43,295 nucleotides of DNA from Bacteroides thetaiotaomicron (GTDB lineage Bacteria > Bacteroidota > Bacteroidia > Bacteroidales > Bacteroidaceae): assembly GCA_963634195.1 (NCBI GenBank), contig CAVHBF010000005.1, positions 1-43,295 on the forward strand, in the 5' to 3' direction. The notes beneath the pieces are model-generated. The model made no database searches. It saw nothing but the letters and a program-made list of their open reading frames with translations, and was not told the DNA's origin. Positions 8,922 through 17,526 of this stretch are shown here, in pieces; position 1 is the stretch's first letter; the number at the start of each line of letters is the position of its first letter. The position numbers and the translations under genes are program-made.

Positions 8922-10313
8922 ATGACAGTTTTCTCAAAAACAACCGCACTGGCGACCGCAGTCTTCGCCGCAGCGCTGTCATGCTCTTGCATGAGCGACA
9001 GTTCGTCGTCTTCAACGGCAAGCGACGGCAACTGTGCCATCACGCGCATGACACTCGGAAACATTCCGCGCACCATACACACCAAGACTTCCACAGGCGA
9101 GGATTCCTCGTATGTCACTACGGTGGCGGGGGCGGCCTACGCAATGTACATTGACCAGCTCACACAGGAGATTTACAACCACGACTCGCTGCCGGCAAAC
9201 ACCATGGCAAGCAAAATAGTGTTCAGCGGCATGAAGAGCGACGGCACGGTCACCTACCAGAAAGCAAACGGAAAAGACACCCTGTTCGCCACGTCAGACA
9301 CAATAGACTTCACGTCGCCTCGCTATTTCACGTGTTTTTCAACCGACGGGACACAAAGCCGCAAATACCTCGTCCGCATCAACATACACAACTCCAATCC
9401 CGATGACTACACATGGACGGAAATGGCGGAGACGGCAGAGATGACCAGCGGAATATCAAGCCAGAAAATGTTTGCCGGCGGCAACGACATCGTCATACTT
9501 GCGCTCAGAAACGGGACACCCACAGTACTGAGAGCACCGAAACAAACACCGACGGAGTTTGAATCCGCCACCATGTCCGGACTGGTGTCTTTCGTTCCGG
9601 CGGAGACCTACCAGTTCGGCGGCAGGCTGTACTATGCCGACAACGGCACGCTAAAAGTTTCGGAAGACGGCTTGGCGTGGGAAACAGCCGGGGCGGACAT
9701 GACACTTGACAAACTCTTCGCCGTTTCGGAAAGCGGAGTCTATGCCCTTGCCGGCAACAAAGTATATTACTCGGAAGACATGATGCAATGGACAGAAGAC
9801 GAGACGGCCGATGACATGGCCCTTTTCCCGGAAAGCGACATAGCGTCAACCTGCCTTGAAATGGCATTCAACAATAATTTCTACAGCATAGTCGTATGCG
9901 GGAGGAACGCCTCCGGCGGAAACGTGATATGGAAAAAACTCGTTGACAGGAAAGGGACCAACACCGAGGCCTGGACTGTCTATCCGCAGGCTTCAGACAG
10001 CAAAAACACATACCCGCAGAAAAGCCAGCCCCTGATATTCAGCTACAACTCCCGGATCATACATTTCGGACTGACGGAGCAGGGCGATGCATCCGGGATA
10101 ACCGTCAGCACCGACGGGGGACGCTGCTGGTTTGCGCAGGAAAGTTCCAAGAACCCCGTCCTGCAAAGCGGTGCCGTATCGTTCAGTGCATACTGCGACG
10201 CCGACAACTACATCTGGATAGCCACCGCCCCCGACGGGAAGCTCGTCAGAGGGCGGCTCAACAGGCTGTCGTACGCAGATGACCCGACCGTCTTCTCCAA
10301 AGCAACCAACTGA
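8922..10313 (+). CDS. Hypothetical lipoprotein, conserved partner of the uppS/bamA block (function unknown)
   Basis: The ATG at 8922 gives MTVFSKTTALATAVFAAALSC with a lipobox Cys, followed by a Ser-rich linker. I recognise no catalytic motif. Confidence 0.75.
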   Translation: MTVFSKTTALATAVFAAALSCSCMSDSSSSSTASDGNCAITRMTLGNIPRTIHTKTSTGEDSSYVTTVAGAAYAMYIDQLTQEIYNHDSLPANTMASKIVFSGMKSDGTVTYQKANGKDTLFATSDTIDFTSPRYFTCFSTDGTQSRKYLVRINIHNSNPDDYTWTEMAETAEMTSGISSQKMFAGGNDIVILALRNGTPTVLRAPKQTPTEFESATMSGLVSFVPAETYQFGGRLYYADNGTLKVSEDGLAWETAGADMTLDKLFAVSESGVYALAGNKVYYSEDMMQWTEDETADDMALFPESDIASTCLEMAFNNNFYSIVVCGRNASGGNVIWKKLVDRKGTNTEAWTVYPQASDSKNTYPQKSQPLIFSYNSRIIHFGLTEQGDASGITVSTDGGRCWFAQESSKNPVLQSGAVSFSAYCDADNYIWIATAPDGKLVRGRLNRLSYADDPTVFSKATN

Positions 10314-10317
10314 GCGG

Positions 10318-11019
10318 ATGAAACGGGTGCGCCTGACAATAACAGCCCTGTCCTCGCTACTGCTCCCCTTGTGTGTGCAGGCGCAGGAAGATGCGGATTT
10401 CCGGATGGAAATAGGCGGCGGCGCAGGAGCCGGCTTTTATCTGGGAGATTTCAACAACAGCGTTTTCTCCAACCAGAAACCCGCCCTGAGTGCATACTGG
10501 CGTTACCTCTTTGACCACTATAATTCACTAAAGGTCTCGTTGGCATACACGGGTATCAAGGGCTCCACCAAAAACCACGACAGCTTCTACCCCGAAAACC
10601 CCAGTGGCAACCGGGCTGACGCCACACCGCTGAACTACACGTTCACAGGCAGCATTGCCGACATAAGCTGCATGTACGAGATAAACTTCTTTCCATACGG
10701 GTTCTACCAGGATTTCTTCGGCCACAAACGGCTCACACCGTTCCTGCAGATAGGAGCGGGTCTGGCATACGCCAGCAAAGGCAAAGGCGCAGCGTTCAAC
10801 ATACCCATGGGATGCGGCATAAAATACAGGGCTTCGCGCAGGGTGAACATTTCCCTGGACTGGGTCATGCACTTCAGTCTCTCCGACAAACTCGACGGTG
10901 TTGAAGACCCCTTGGGCATAAAGTCATCGGGGTTCAAGAACAAAGACCATTTCGGCATCACCATGCTGACCGTAACGTACAGCTTCGCGCCACGATGCCA
11001 AAACTGCAACAAAGACTAA
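10318..11019 (+). CDS. Small outer-membrane beta-barrel protein (OmpA-beta-barrel/DUF6089-like)
   Basis: The ATG at 10318 gives the signal peptide MKRVRLTITALSSLLLPLCVQAQ. Alternating hydrophobic/aromatic beta-strand pattern, with the aromatic-rich terminal strand ITMLTVTYSF. Confidence 0.7.
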   Translation: MKRVRLTITALSSLLLPLCVQAQEDADFRMEIGGGAGAGFYLGDFNNSVFSNQKPALSAYWRYLFDHYNSLKVSLAYTGIKGSTKNHDSFYPENPSGNRADATPLNYTFTGSIADISCMYEINFFPYGFYQDFFGHKRLTPFLQIGAGLAYASKGKGAAFNIPMGCGIKYRASRRVNISLDWVMHFSLSDKLDGVEDPLGIKSSGFKNKDHFGITMLTVTYSFAPRCQNCNKD

Positions 11020-11025
11020 CCGGCA

Positions 11026-11766
11026 ATGACAAACACACCAGACAACATAGATCCGAACAGGATTCCCCGACACATCGCCATAATCATGGACGGCAACGGG
11101 AGATGGGCGCACAAACGGGGGCTCAACCGCACGGCAGGACACCAGCAGGGTGTTGAGACCGTGAAGAAAATCACAGAGCTGTGCGCACGCATAGGAGTGA
11201 AGTATCTCACGCTCTACACTTTTTCAACAGAAAACTGGAACCGCCCCGCCAGAGAGGTGGAAGCTCTGATGGGACTCGTGCTCGACTCCCTTGAAGAACA
11301 CATTTTCATGACCAACAACATCCGGTTCCGCATGATAGGCGATGCCATGCGACTCCCCGAAGCTGTACGCGAGCGCATCAGACAGTGCGAGCGCAACACC
11401 GCCGCCAACGACAAGATGACAATGACCGTGGCTCTGAGCTATTCTTCGCGATGGGAGATAACCCAAGCCGCCAAAGCCATAGCGCAGCAGGCGGCCGACG
11501 GGAAGATAGCCGCCTGCGACATCACAGAAGACACCATATCGCAGAACCTCACCACATCGTTCATGCCCGACCCTGACCTGCTCATTCGCACAGGGGGCGA
11601 ATTGAGGCTGAGCAACTACCTGTTGTGGCAATGCGCCTACTCGGAACTGTATTTCTGTGACACTTTCTGGCCGGATTTCAGCGAGCGTGACTTGCTTGAC
11701 GCCATTGCCGCCTACATACACAGGGAAAGGAGATACGGCAAGACCGGCGAGCAGATAACGCAATGA
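11026..11766 (+). CDS. uppS: Undecaprenyl-diphosphate synthase (isoprenyl transferase)
   Basis: [22 protein letters not shown] and [12 protein letters not shown] motifs. Confidence 0.95.
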   Translation: MTNTPDNIDPNRIPRHIAIIMDGNGRWAHKRGLNRTAGHQQGVETVKKITELCARIGVKYLTLYTFSTENWNRPAREVEALMGLVLDSLEEHIFMTNNIRFRMIGDAMRLPEAVRERIRQCERNTAANDKMTMTVALSYSSRWEITQAAKAIAQQAADGKIAACDITEDTISQNLTTSFMPDPDLLIRTGGELRLSNYLLWQCAYSELYFCDTFWPDFSERDLLDAIAAYIHRERRYGKTGEQITQ

Positions 11767-11846
11767 GCGACCCACGAGCCGTGACGGCAACAACACACAA
11801 AAGGATTTCCAAACAACCATAACAACCTCAGGAACCGTTCAACCAG

Positions 11847-14465
11847 ATGAAGCACATTTTTCCCTACATATTGTTCTGTCTCGCCCAGGCCTGTACGGTC
11901 TACGCACAAGGACAGACAAACTCCGCCAAGCCCGACATCAAATACACGGGCAACTCCCGCAACTACATTGTCAGGAACATAACCATCGACGGAGTCAACG
12001 ACTACGACTATGACCAGCTGCTCAAGATAACGGGGCTCACCGTAGGACAGACCCTTTCTTTTCCGAAAATAGAAGGCGACATAACCACGGCACTGCGCAA
12101 CCTGTGGGACCAGCGGGTGTTCTCGGACGTAAGCATAACGGCCGACAGCATTGTGGGGAGCGACATCTACCTGCATATCCAGCTTGCACCCCACCCCAAA
12201 CTGTCTTCCGTGACCTACTCGGGCATCAAGAAATCGGAGCGGGAAGACCTCGAGGAAATCTTCCCCCTGAAAGAGGGCAGCATCATCTCCACCGACGTGA
12301 TAGACCGCATCAAGTTTGTCGTCAACAAACATTTCGGGGAAAAGGGATTCAAAAACGTGACCACGGATGTCATTCAGCGCAGTGACCCCAAGGACAAGAA
12401 CAAAGTAACTCTCGAAATAGACATTGACAAACACGAGAAAGTCAAAGTGCACAGGATTTACCTCTCCGGTGTCGACAAGGACAAGATGCCGAAAATCATG
12501 AGGGTGCTGAGGAAGTCCAAACTGCGTGAATCCCGGGACTTCCGCAATTTCCTCAAAAGCAAGAAATTCGTGGAGGACAAATACAAGGAGGGAAAGATAA
12601 ACCTTGTAAAGAAATACAACTCGTGGGGCTACCGCGACGCCTATGTCGTCAAGGACAGCATTGCCCCCTACGACGACGGACACATTGACCTCTACTTCAG
12701 CATAGACCAGGGCAACAAATACTACGTGCGCAACATCTCGTGGATAGGCAATTCCATCTACACCGCCGACGCGCTCAACAACAGCCTGGCTATGAACAGG
12801 GGCGACGTGTACAACCAGGAGCAGCTTGAGAAACGACTCCACGAAGACGCGAACTCCATAGGCAACGAATACCACAACAACGGATACGTGTTCAGCTATG
12901 TCGAACCGGTGGAGACACAGGTGGTAGGCGACTCCATAGACCTCGAGATACGCATACGCGAAGGGAAGCAGGCCACACTCAACAAAGTGGCAATACTCGG
13001 CAACGAATATGTCTTCGAAGACGTGATACGCCGCGAACTGAAAACCAAGCCCGGTGACCTGTACAGCAAGGACGCCATCATGCGCTCGCTCATGGACCTC
13101 GGCCAGATGGGGCATTTCGACCCGGAGAAACTAGAGCCGGAATTCAAGCCCAACGAGTCAGACGGCACTGTGGACATCACCTACAAGCTGTCGCCCAAGT
13201 CAAGCGACCAGGTTGAGCTGTCACTGGGCTACGGCACAACAGGCATCACGGGGCGCATAGCGTTGAAGTTCACCAATTTCGCCATACAGGAGCTCTTCAA
13301 GAAGACTGCCACAAGCCGCCGTCTGCTCCCGCAGGGTGAAGGGCAGACCGTGGAACTTGCCGCACAGACAAACGGCACGTACTACCAGCAGTACAGCCTT
13401 TCGTTCCTTGACCCATGGCTCGGGCGCAAACGCCCCAACCAGTTCTCGGCAAGCCTCTTCTACAGCAAGCAGACCGACGTCAACAGCAACTACTACAACT
13501 CGGCATACTACAGGAACTACTACAACAGCATCTACGGCTACGGCACGTCGTCGGGCAGCTACAACTACGCCGACTTCTATGACCCAGACAAATACGTGCA
13601 GATCCTTGGCGGCTCCATAGGCTGGGGCAAGCGGCTCCGCTGGCCTGATGACTACTTCACGTTCTCCGTCATGGCAACGTTCCAACGCTACATACTCAAG
13701 CAGTGGCAGTATTTCATAATGACCGACGGAAACTGCAACAACTTCAACCTCACGTTCAGCCTCAACCGCAACTCGTCTGACCAGTCGTTCTTCCCGCGCA
13801 GGGGGTCAGACTTCTCGCTGAGTGTGTCGTCCACACCACCCTACTCGCTGTGGGACAACAAGAACTATTCGTCCCTCGCCAACAACAGAAGTTCCGCCAC
13901 CTACCAGCGGGAGATGAAAGAGAAGTACCGCTGGGTTGAATACCACAAATGGAAATTCCGCCTCAAGACATATACCGCCCTCACAAACGCCAACAAGTGC
14001 CCCGTGCTCATGACGCGCACCGAGTTCGGAATACTGGGCTACTACAACCGCCACAAACCCTCGCCCTTCGAGACATTCTATATGGGCGGCGACGGCATGT
14101 CGGGCTACTCCTACGGCTACGCCACCGAAACGGTGGGACTGCGCGGCTACGACAACGGCTCGCTCACCCCGGCCGGCTACGAAGGCTACGCCTACAGCCG
14201 GATGAGCCTGGAACTGCGCTATCCCCTCATGCTCGAATCCACCAGCATCTATGCGCTGGGATTCCTCGAGGGCGGCAACGCATGGACACGCACGTCCAAG
14301 TTCAACCCCTTTGACATGAAGCGTTCCGCAGGTGTCGGTGTGCGCCTGTTCCTGCCCATGATAGGAATGCTTGGCATTGACTGGGCATACGGATTTGACA
14401 AGATCTACGGCTCCAAATCATCCGCAGGATCGCAGTTCCACTTTATCATCGGACAAGAATTCTAA
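11847..14465 (+). CDS. bamA: Outer membrane protein assembly factor BamA (Omp85)
   Basis: 872 aa. Signal peptide, POTRA-like repeats, and a C-terminal barrel ending in IIGQEF. Conserved position after uppS. Confidence 0.95.
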   Translation: MKHIFPYILFCLAQACTVYAQGQTNSAKPDIKYTGNSRNYIVRNITIDGVNDYDYDQLLKITGLTVGQTLSFPKIEGDITTALRNLWDQRVFSDVSITADSIVGSDIYLHIQLAPHPKLSSVTYSGIKKSEREDLEEIFPLKEGSIISTDVIDRIKFVVNKHFGEKGFKNVTTDVIQRSDPKDKNKVTLEIDIDKHEKVKVHRIYLSGVDKDKMPKIMRVLRKSKLRESRDFRNFLKSKKFVEDKYKEGKINLVKKYNSWGYRDAYVVKDSIAPYDDGHIDLYFSIDQGNKYYVRNISWIGNSIYTADALNNSLAMNRGDVYNQEQLEKRLHEDANSIGNEYHNNGYVFSYVEPVETQVVGDSIDLEIRIREGKQATLNKVAILGNEYVFEDVIRRELKTKPGDLYSKDAIMRSLMDLGQMGHFDPEKLEPEFKPNESDGTVDITYKLSPKSSDQVELSLGYGTTGITGRIALKFTNFAIQELFKKTATSRRLLPQGEGQTVELAAQTNGTYYQQYSLSFLDPWLGRKRPNQFSASLFYSKQTDVNSNYYNSAYYRNYYNSIYGYGTSSGSYNYADFYDPDKYVQILGGSIGWGKRLRWPDDYFTFSVMATFQRYILKQWQYFIMTDGNCNNFNLTFSLNRNSSDQSFFPRRGSDFSLSVSSTPPYSLWDNKNYSSLANNRSSATYQREMKEKYRWVEYHKWKFRLKTYTALTNANKCPVLMTRTEFGILGYYNRHKPSPFETFYMGGDGMSGYSYGYATETVGLRGYDNGSLTPAGYEGYAYSRMSLELRYPLMLESTSIYALGFLEGGNAWTRTSKFNPFDMKRSAGVGVRLFLPMIGMLGIDWAYGFDKIYGSKSSAGSQFHFIIGQEF

Positions 14466-14483
14466 TACTCAAACCATATCGTC

Positions 14484-14999
14484 ATGAAAAAGATCTTCAT
14501 CACGTTGCTGCTTGCCACCGCAGCGCTCATGCCGTCTGCGGCACAGAAATTCGCTCTCGTTGACATGGAATATATCCTCAAGAACATCCCCGCCTACGAA
14601 CGCGCGAACGAACAGCTAAGCCAGACATCAAAGAAATGGCAGGCCGAGGTGGAAGCCGTCAACCTGCAGGCGCAGACCCTCTACAAGAACTACCAGAACG
14701 AAGTGGTGTTCCTCTCCGCAGAGCAGAAGAAGGCACGCGAGGAGGAAATACTGAAGAAGGAAAAGGAGGCATCGGACCTCAAGAAGAAGTATTTCGCCCC
14801 AGAGGGAGAACTCTTCAAGAAACGCGAAAGCCTCGTGGGTCCCATACAGGACGAGATATACAACGCAGTCAAAGCCATCGCCGAACAGAAAGGCTACCAA
14901 CTCATTCTTGACCGCGCCAGCGACAACGGCATAGTGTTCGCTTCGCCCTCCGCCGACATCTCCAACGATGTGCTTGCCAAATTGGGATATTCCAAATAA
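14484..14999 (+). CDS. ompH: OmpH/Skp-family periplasmic chaperone, copy 1
   Basis: Signal peptide, a coiled-coil Lys/Glu/Gln-rich body, and about 170 aa. Canonical position after bamA. Confidence 0.9.
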   Translation: MKKIFITLLLATAALMPSAAQKFALVDMEYILKNIPAYERANEQLSQTSKKWQAEVEAVNLQAQTLYKNYQNEVVFLSAEQKKAREEEILKKEKEASDLKKKYFAPEGELFKKRESLVGPIQDEIYNAVKAIAEQKGYQLILDRASDNGIVFASPSADISNDVLAKLGYSK

Positions 15000-15005
15000 A
15001 AAGAC

Positions 15006-15013
15006 TAACTTTG
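15006..15013 (+). promoter_or_regulatory. -7 promoter box TAACTTTG between the two ompH genes
   Basis: Matches TAnnTTTG, 56 nt upstream of the ATG at 15069. Confidence 0.35.
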
Positions 15014-15068
15014 CGATTCGATAACAAAGCGAATTTATAACAAAACATAAAAACAAACATTCCTAACA

Positions 15069-15566
15069 ATGAAAAAGCTCATCATCCTTGCGTTCGTGTG
15101 CGCGCCTATGGCAGTGCTTGCACAGAAATTCGGTCATTTCAATTCCCAGACACTCATGCAGGAAATGCCGGAAGTAAAAGCAGTGCAGACAGAGATGCAG
15201 AACATCAAGACCCAATATGACAAAGAACTTGAGACTATGCAGACGGAACTCCGGAACAAGTACTCCGCATACATCACCCAAAAGGACTCGCTGCCGGTAG
15301 GAGTGCAGCAGCGCCGCGAGCAGGAAATCACCGACCTCCAGCAGCGCCTACAGCAGACTTCGCAAACCTACGGCGAGGACTACGAAAAACAGTTCACCGA
15401 GAAGATGCAGCCCATCCAGCAGAAAATCATGAACGCCATCAAGGAGATAGGCGACTTGGGCGGCTACGTATACATCATGGACCTCACAAACGGCATTCCC
15501 TACATATCCACAACCCTCTCCACGGATATCACCGCAGAACTGAAAGCGAAGCTCGGCATGAAATAA
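15069..15566 (+). CDS. ompH: OmpH/Skp-family periplasmic chaperone, copy 2
   Basis: Signal peptide MKKLIILAFVCAPMAVLAQ, a coiled-coil Gln/Glu-rich body, 165 aa. Confidence 0.9.
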   Translation: MKKLIILAFVCAPMAVLAQKFGHFNSQTLMQEMPEVKAVQTEMQNIKTQYDKELETMQTELRNKYSAYITQKDSLPVGVQQRREQEITDLQQRLQQTSQTYGEDYEKQFTEKMQPIQQKIMNAIKEIGDLGGYVYIMDLTNGIPYISTTLSTDITAELKAKLGMK

Positions 15567-15590
15567 ACGAGTTCCACACGCATATGAAAT

Positions 15591-15663
15591 GGCAGTCCGG
15601 CATACGGACTTGCCGACAAAACAGGGGCGAAATCTCTCAAGAGGATAATTTCGCCCCTGTTTT
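15591..15663. terminator. Tandem hairpins ending the bamA-ompH operon; the second has a perfect 16-bp stem flanked by A and T tracts
   Basis: Hairpin 1: GGCAGTCCG / CGGACtTGCC at 15591-15614. Hairpin 2: AAAACAGGGGCGAAAT (15618-15633) is the exact reverse complement of ATTTCGCCCCTGTTTT (15648-15663). Confidence 0.8.
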
Positions 15664-16009
15664 CATAGCCCAACACAGACCGGGGTACAGCGGCAAAAAC
15701 AGGGGGCGACCTGCCCTTCCTTCAGCTGGGCTATTGTTTTCCTGTCAAACATATAATCCCACGTTATTATTGAAGAGTCGGAAATGTGACTGTTCTCGCA
15801 TTTCCGGTATCTGTTTCGTGTAAAGTTACACTTTTTCCACACATGAAGCAAGATTTCACTCTTTTCCAACAGGATTGTTTTGCGCAGTTCCGTATCTTCA
15901 TTCAACCCAAATCGGTCATTAGGATAAAGAATCACTGGCGAGACAAGATTTAGGGTTCCTTTTCTTCAAGTATCCTTCATTAATGTCCACTAATGAAAGA
16001 GAGATAACA

Positions 16010-16047
16010 AAAAATGGTCGGATTTCGTTTGAAACCCGACCATTTTT
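16010..16047. terminator. Intrinsic terminator downstream of apt, bidirectional architecture
   Basis: AAAAATGGTCGG (16010-16021) pairs with CCGACCATTTTT (16036-16047). A second hairpin, CACCAaGCCG/CGGCTGGTG, lies at about 16078-16099. Confidence 0.7.
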
Positions 16048-16119
16048 GCAGCCTTTGACCTGCAGTCTATTGTTGCCCACCAAGCCGCATCGGCTGGTGC
16101 AATACCGTAAACGCTGTTT

Positions 16120-16659
16120 CTATTCCGCAAAAACCGTGTACACTGACAGTTCTTCGGGTAGCGCGCTGCGCCCGTGAAGCCCTTCATCGGTAATCTCAAG
16201 GAGAAAAGAGGCATAGATTGCCTTAGGATGGAACTGTCCGACAAGCTTGAGGGCAGCCAAAGCCGTTCCGCCGGTGGCGAGGAGGTCATCGTGAATCAGC
16301 ACAACGTCATCAGGACTGATGGCATCTTCCGCTATCTCAATAGTATCGGTACCATATTCCTTGACATAGGTTTCACTCCTTGTCTTTACAGGCAGTCTGC
16401 CGGGCTTGCGAGCCATGACGATGCCGGCGTTCAGCATTCTGGACAGGATAGCCCCCATCAGAAATCCCCTTGCCTCAAGACACACCACCTTTGTTATCCC
16501 CTTGCCCGAATAGTGGCGGGAGAGGTCGTCTGCCATTATACCGACACAAGTGGGATCCGCCATCCACGACGAGATGTCACGGAACAATATCCCGCTCTTG
16601 GGAAAGTCCTTTATTCTGCGCAACCGCTGACTCAAATACTGTCTTTCGTTGTCATTCAT
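16120..16659 (-). CDS. apt: Adenine phosphoribosyltransferase
   Basis: IKDFPKSGILFRDIS and the PRPP-binding motif VVLIHDDLLATGGTA. 179 aa. Confidence 0.93.
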   Translation of the reverse strand: MNDNERQYLSQRLRRIKDFPKSGILFRDISSWMADPTCVGIMADDLSRHYSGKGITKVVCLEARGFLMGAILSRMLNAGIVMARKPGRLPVKTRSETYVKEYGTDTIEIAEDAISPDDVVLIHDDLLATGGTALAALKLVGQFHPKAIYASFLLEITDEGLHGRSALPEELSVYTVFAE

Positions 16660-16705
16660 CGCTTTGTCGGAATTGGCTTGCGGTAACGAGACTGCCAGAC
16701 AGGTG

Positions 16706-17509
16706 TCACCTCACCAAAAAACATTTTCCCTTTACGACATAAGCTCCTTTTCCGAGACGACGGATATTGTCGGGCGAAACCCTTGACGCCACTTTTACGC
16801 CCGAGATGTTGTAGACGTCCACAAGTTCATTGTCGGACAATTCTCCTGCAACAGTCTCCACTCCCGTCATGTTGTAGTCAAGGTGATTGGTATGGAGCGT
16901 GTTGGTTGTCTCACCGCCGTTGAGCGTTATGAAGCAGCGCGAGGCGAGGATGCCCTTTGCAACATTGCTTGCATCGACAAAGGTGGCGGAAGAGTTGTCT
17001 TTGACAAGAATACCGTAGATGCCGTCGGAACTGCCCGGTTCTGTCGCACCGCCGAACACCACCGTTGTGCCGGTATTGTCAGAGAATTCTCTCTCTACCT
17101 CGCCCGTTGTTACCTGCGCTTCGCCCTGACGGATCTCGCGCACTCCGCTTTCAAGCGTTGAATACAGGATATAGGGAGTGTTGGCTTTCAGCCCGTCGGG
17201 CTTCACGTCCTTAAAATTCAGTTTGGTGGCAGTGCCTGTGCTTTCCACGCCTACCAGCGTTTCCAGACGACACTCCTCGCCGAAAATATTGTTGACTTCG
17301 TCTTCTGTCAGCGACACGGGCAGACAGATAGTGTTCCAGCCTTTGTGGATATAGCGGAAGATGGATAGATCTACAGTCTGTCCGTTGTAAACCGAGAGGT
17401 CTTTGGGTGTCACGGTATTAGTGATAACCCTCTGCTGCGCGCTGGCTGTAACGCAGACAGCGCAAACCACTGCAACAAGAACGAAATTTTTCAATGTAAC
17501 CATTTTCAT
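16706..17509 (-). CDS. Secreted protein of unknown function with a T9SS (Por) C-terminal sorting domain
   Basis: The ATG at 17509 gives MKMVTLKNFVLVAVVCAVCVTASAQ. The C-terminus LVDVYNISGVKVASRVSPDNIRRLGKGAYVVKGKCFLVR fits the type-A Por secretion tail pattern (vYdl.G..v....l.kGiYiv...k..v). I do not recognise the roughly 190-aa N-terminal domain. Confidence 0.75.
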   Translation of the reverse strand: MKMVTLKNFVLVAVVCAVCVTASAQQRVITNTVTPKDLSVYNGQTVDLSIFRYIHKGWNTICLPVSLTEDEVNNIFGEECRLETLVGVESTGTATKLNFKDVKPDGLKANTPYILYSTLESGVREIRQGEAQVTTGEVEREFSDNTGTTVVFGGATEPGSSDGIYGILVKDNSSATFVDASNVAKGILASRCFITLNGGETTNTLHTNHLDYNMTGVETVAGELSDNELVDVYNISGVKVASRVSPDNIRRLGKGAYVVKGKCFLVR

Positions 17510-17526
17510 AATGCGATTATTTTTAC

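Noticed and set aside
15584-16177. ORF-track entries 15584-15823 (+) and 15983-16177 (+), and 15990-16289 (-).
   Set aside because: They run across terminator hairpins or overlap apt, have no motifs or start context, and contain Cys/Arg-rich junk translations.
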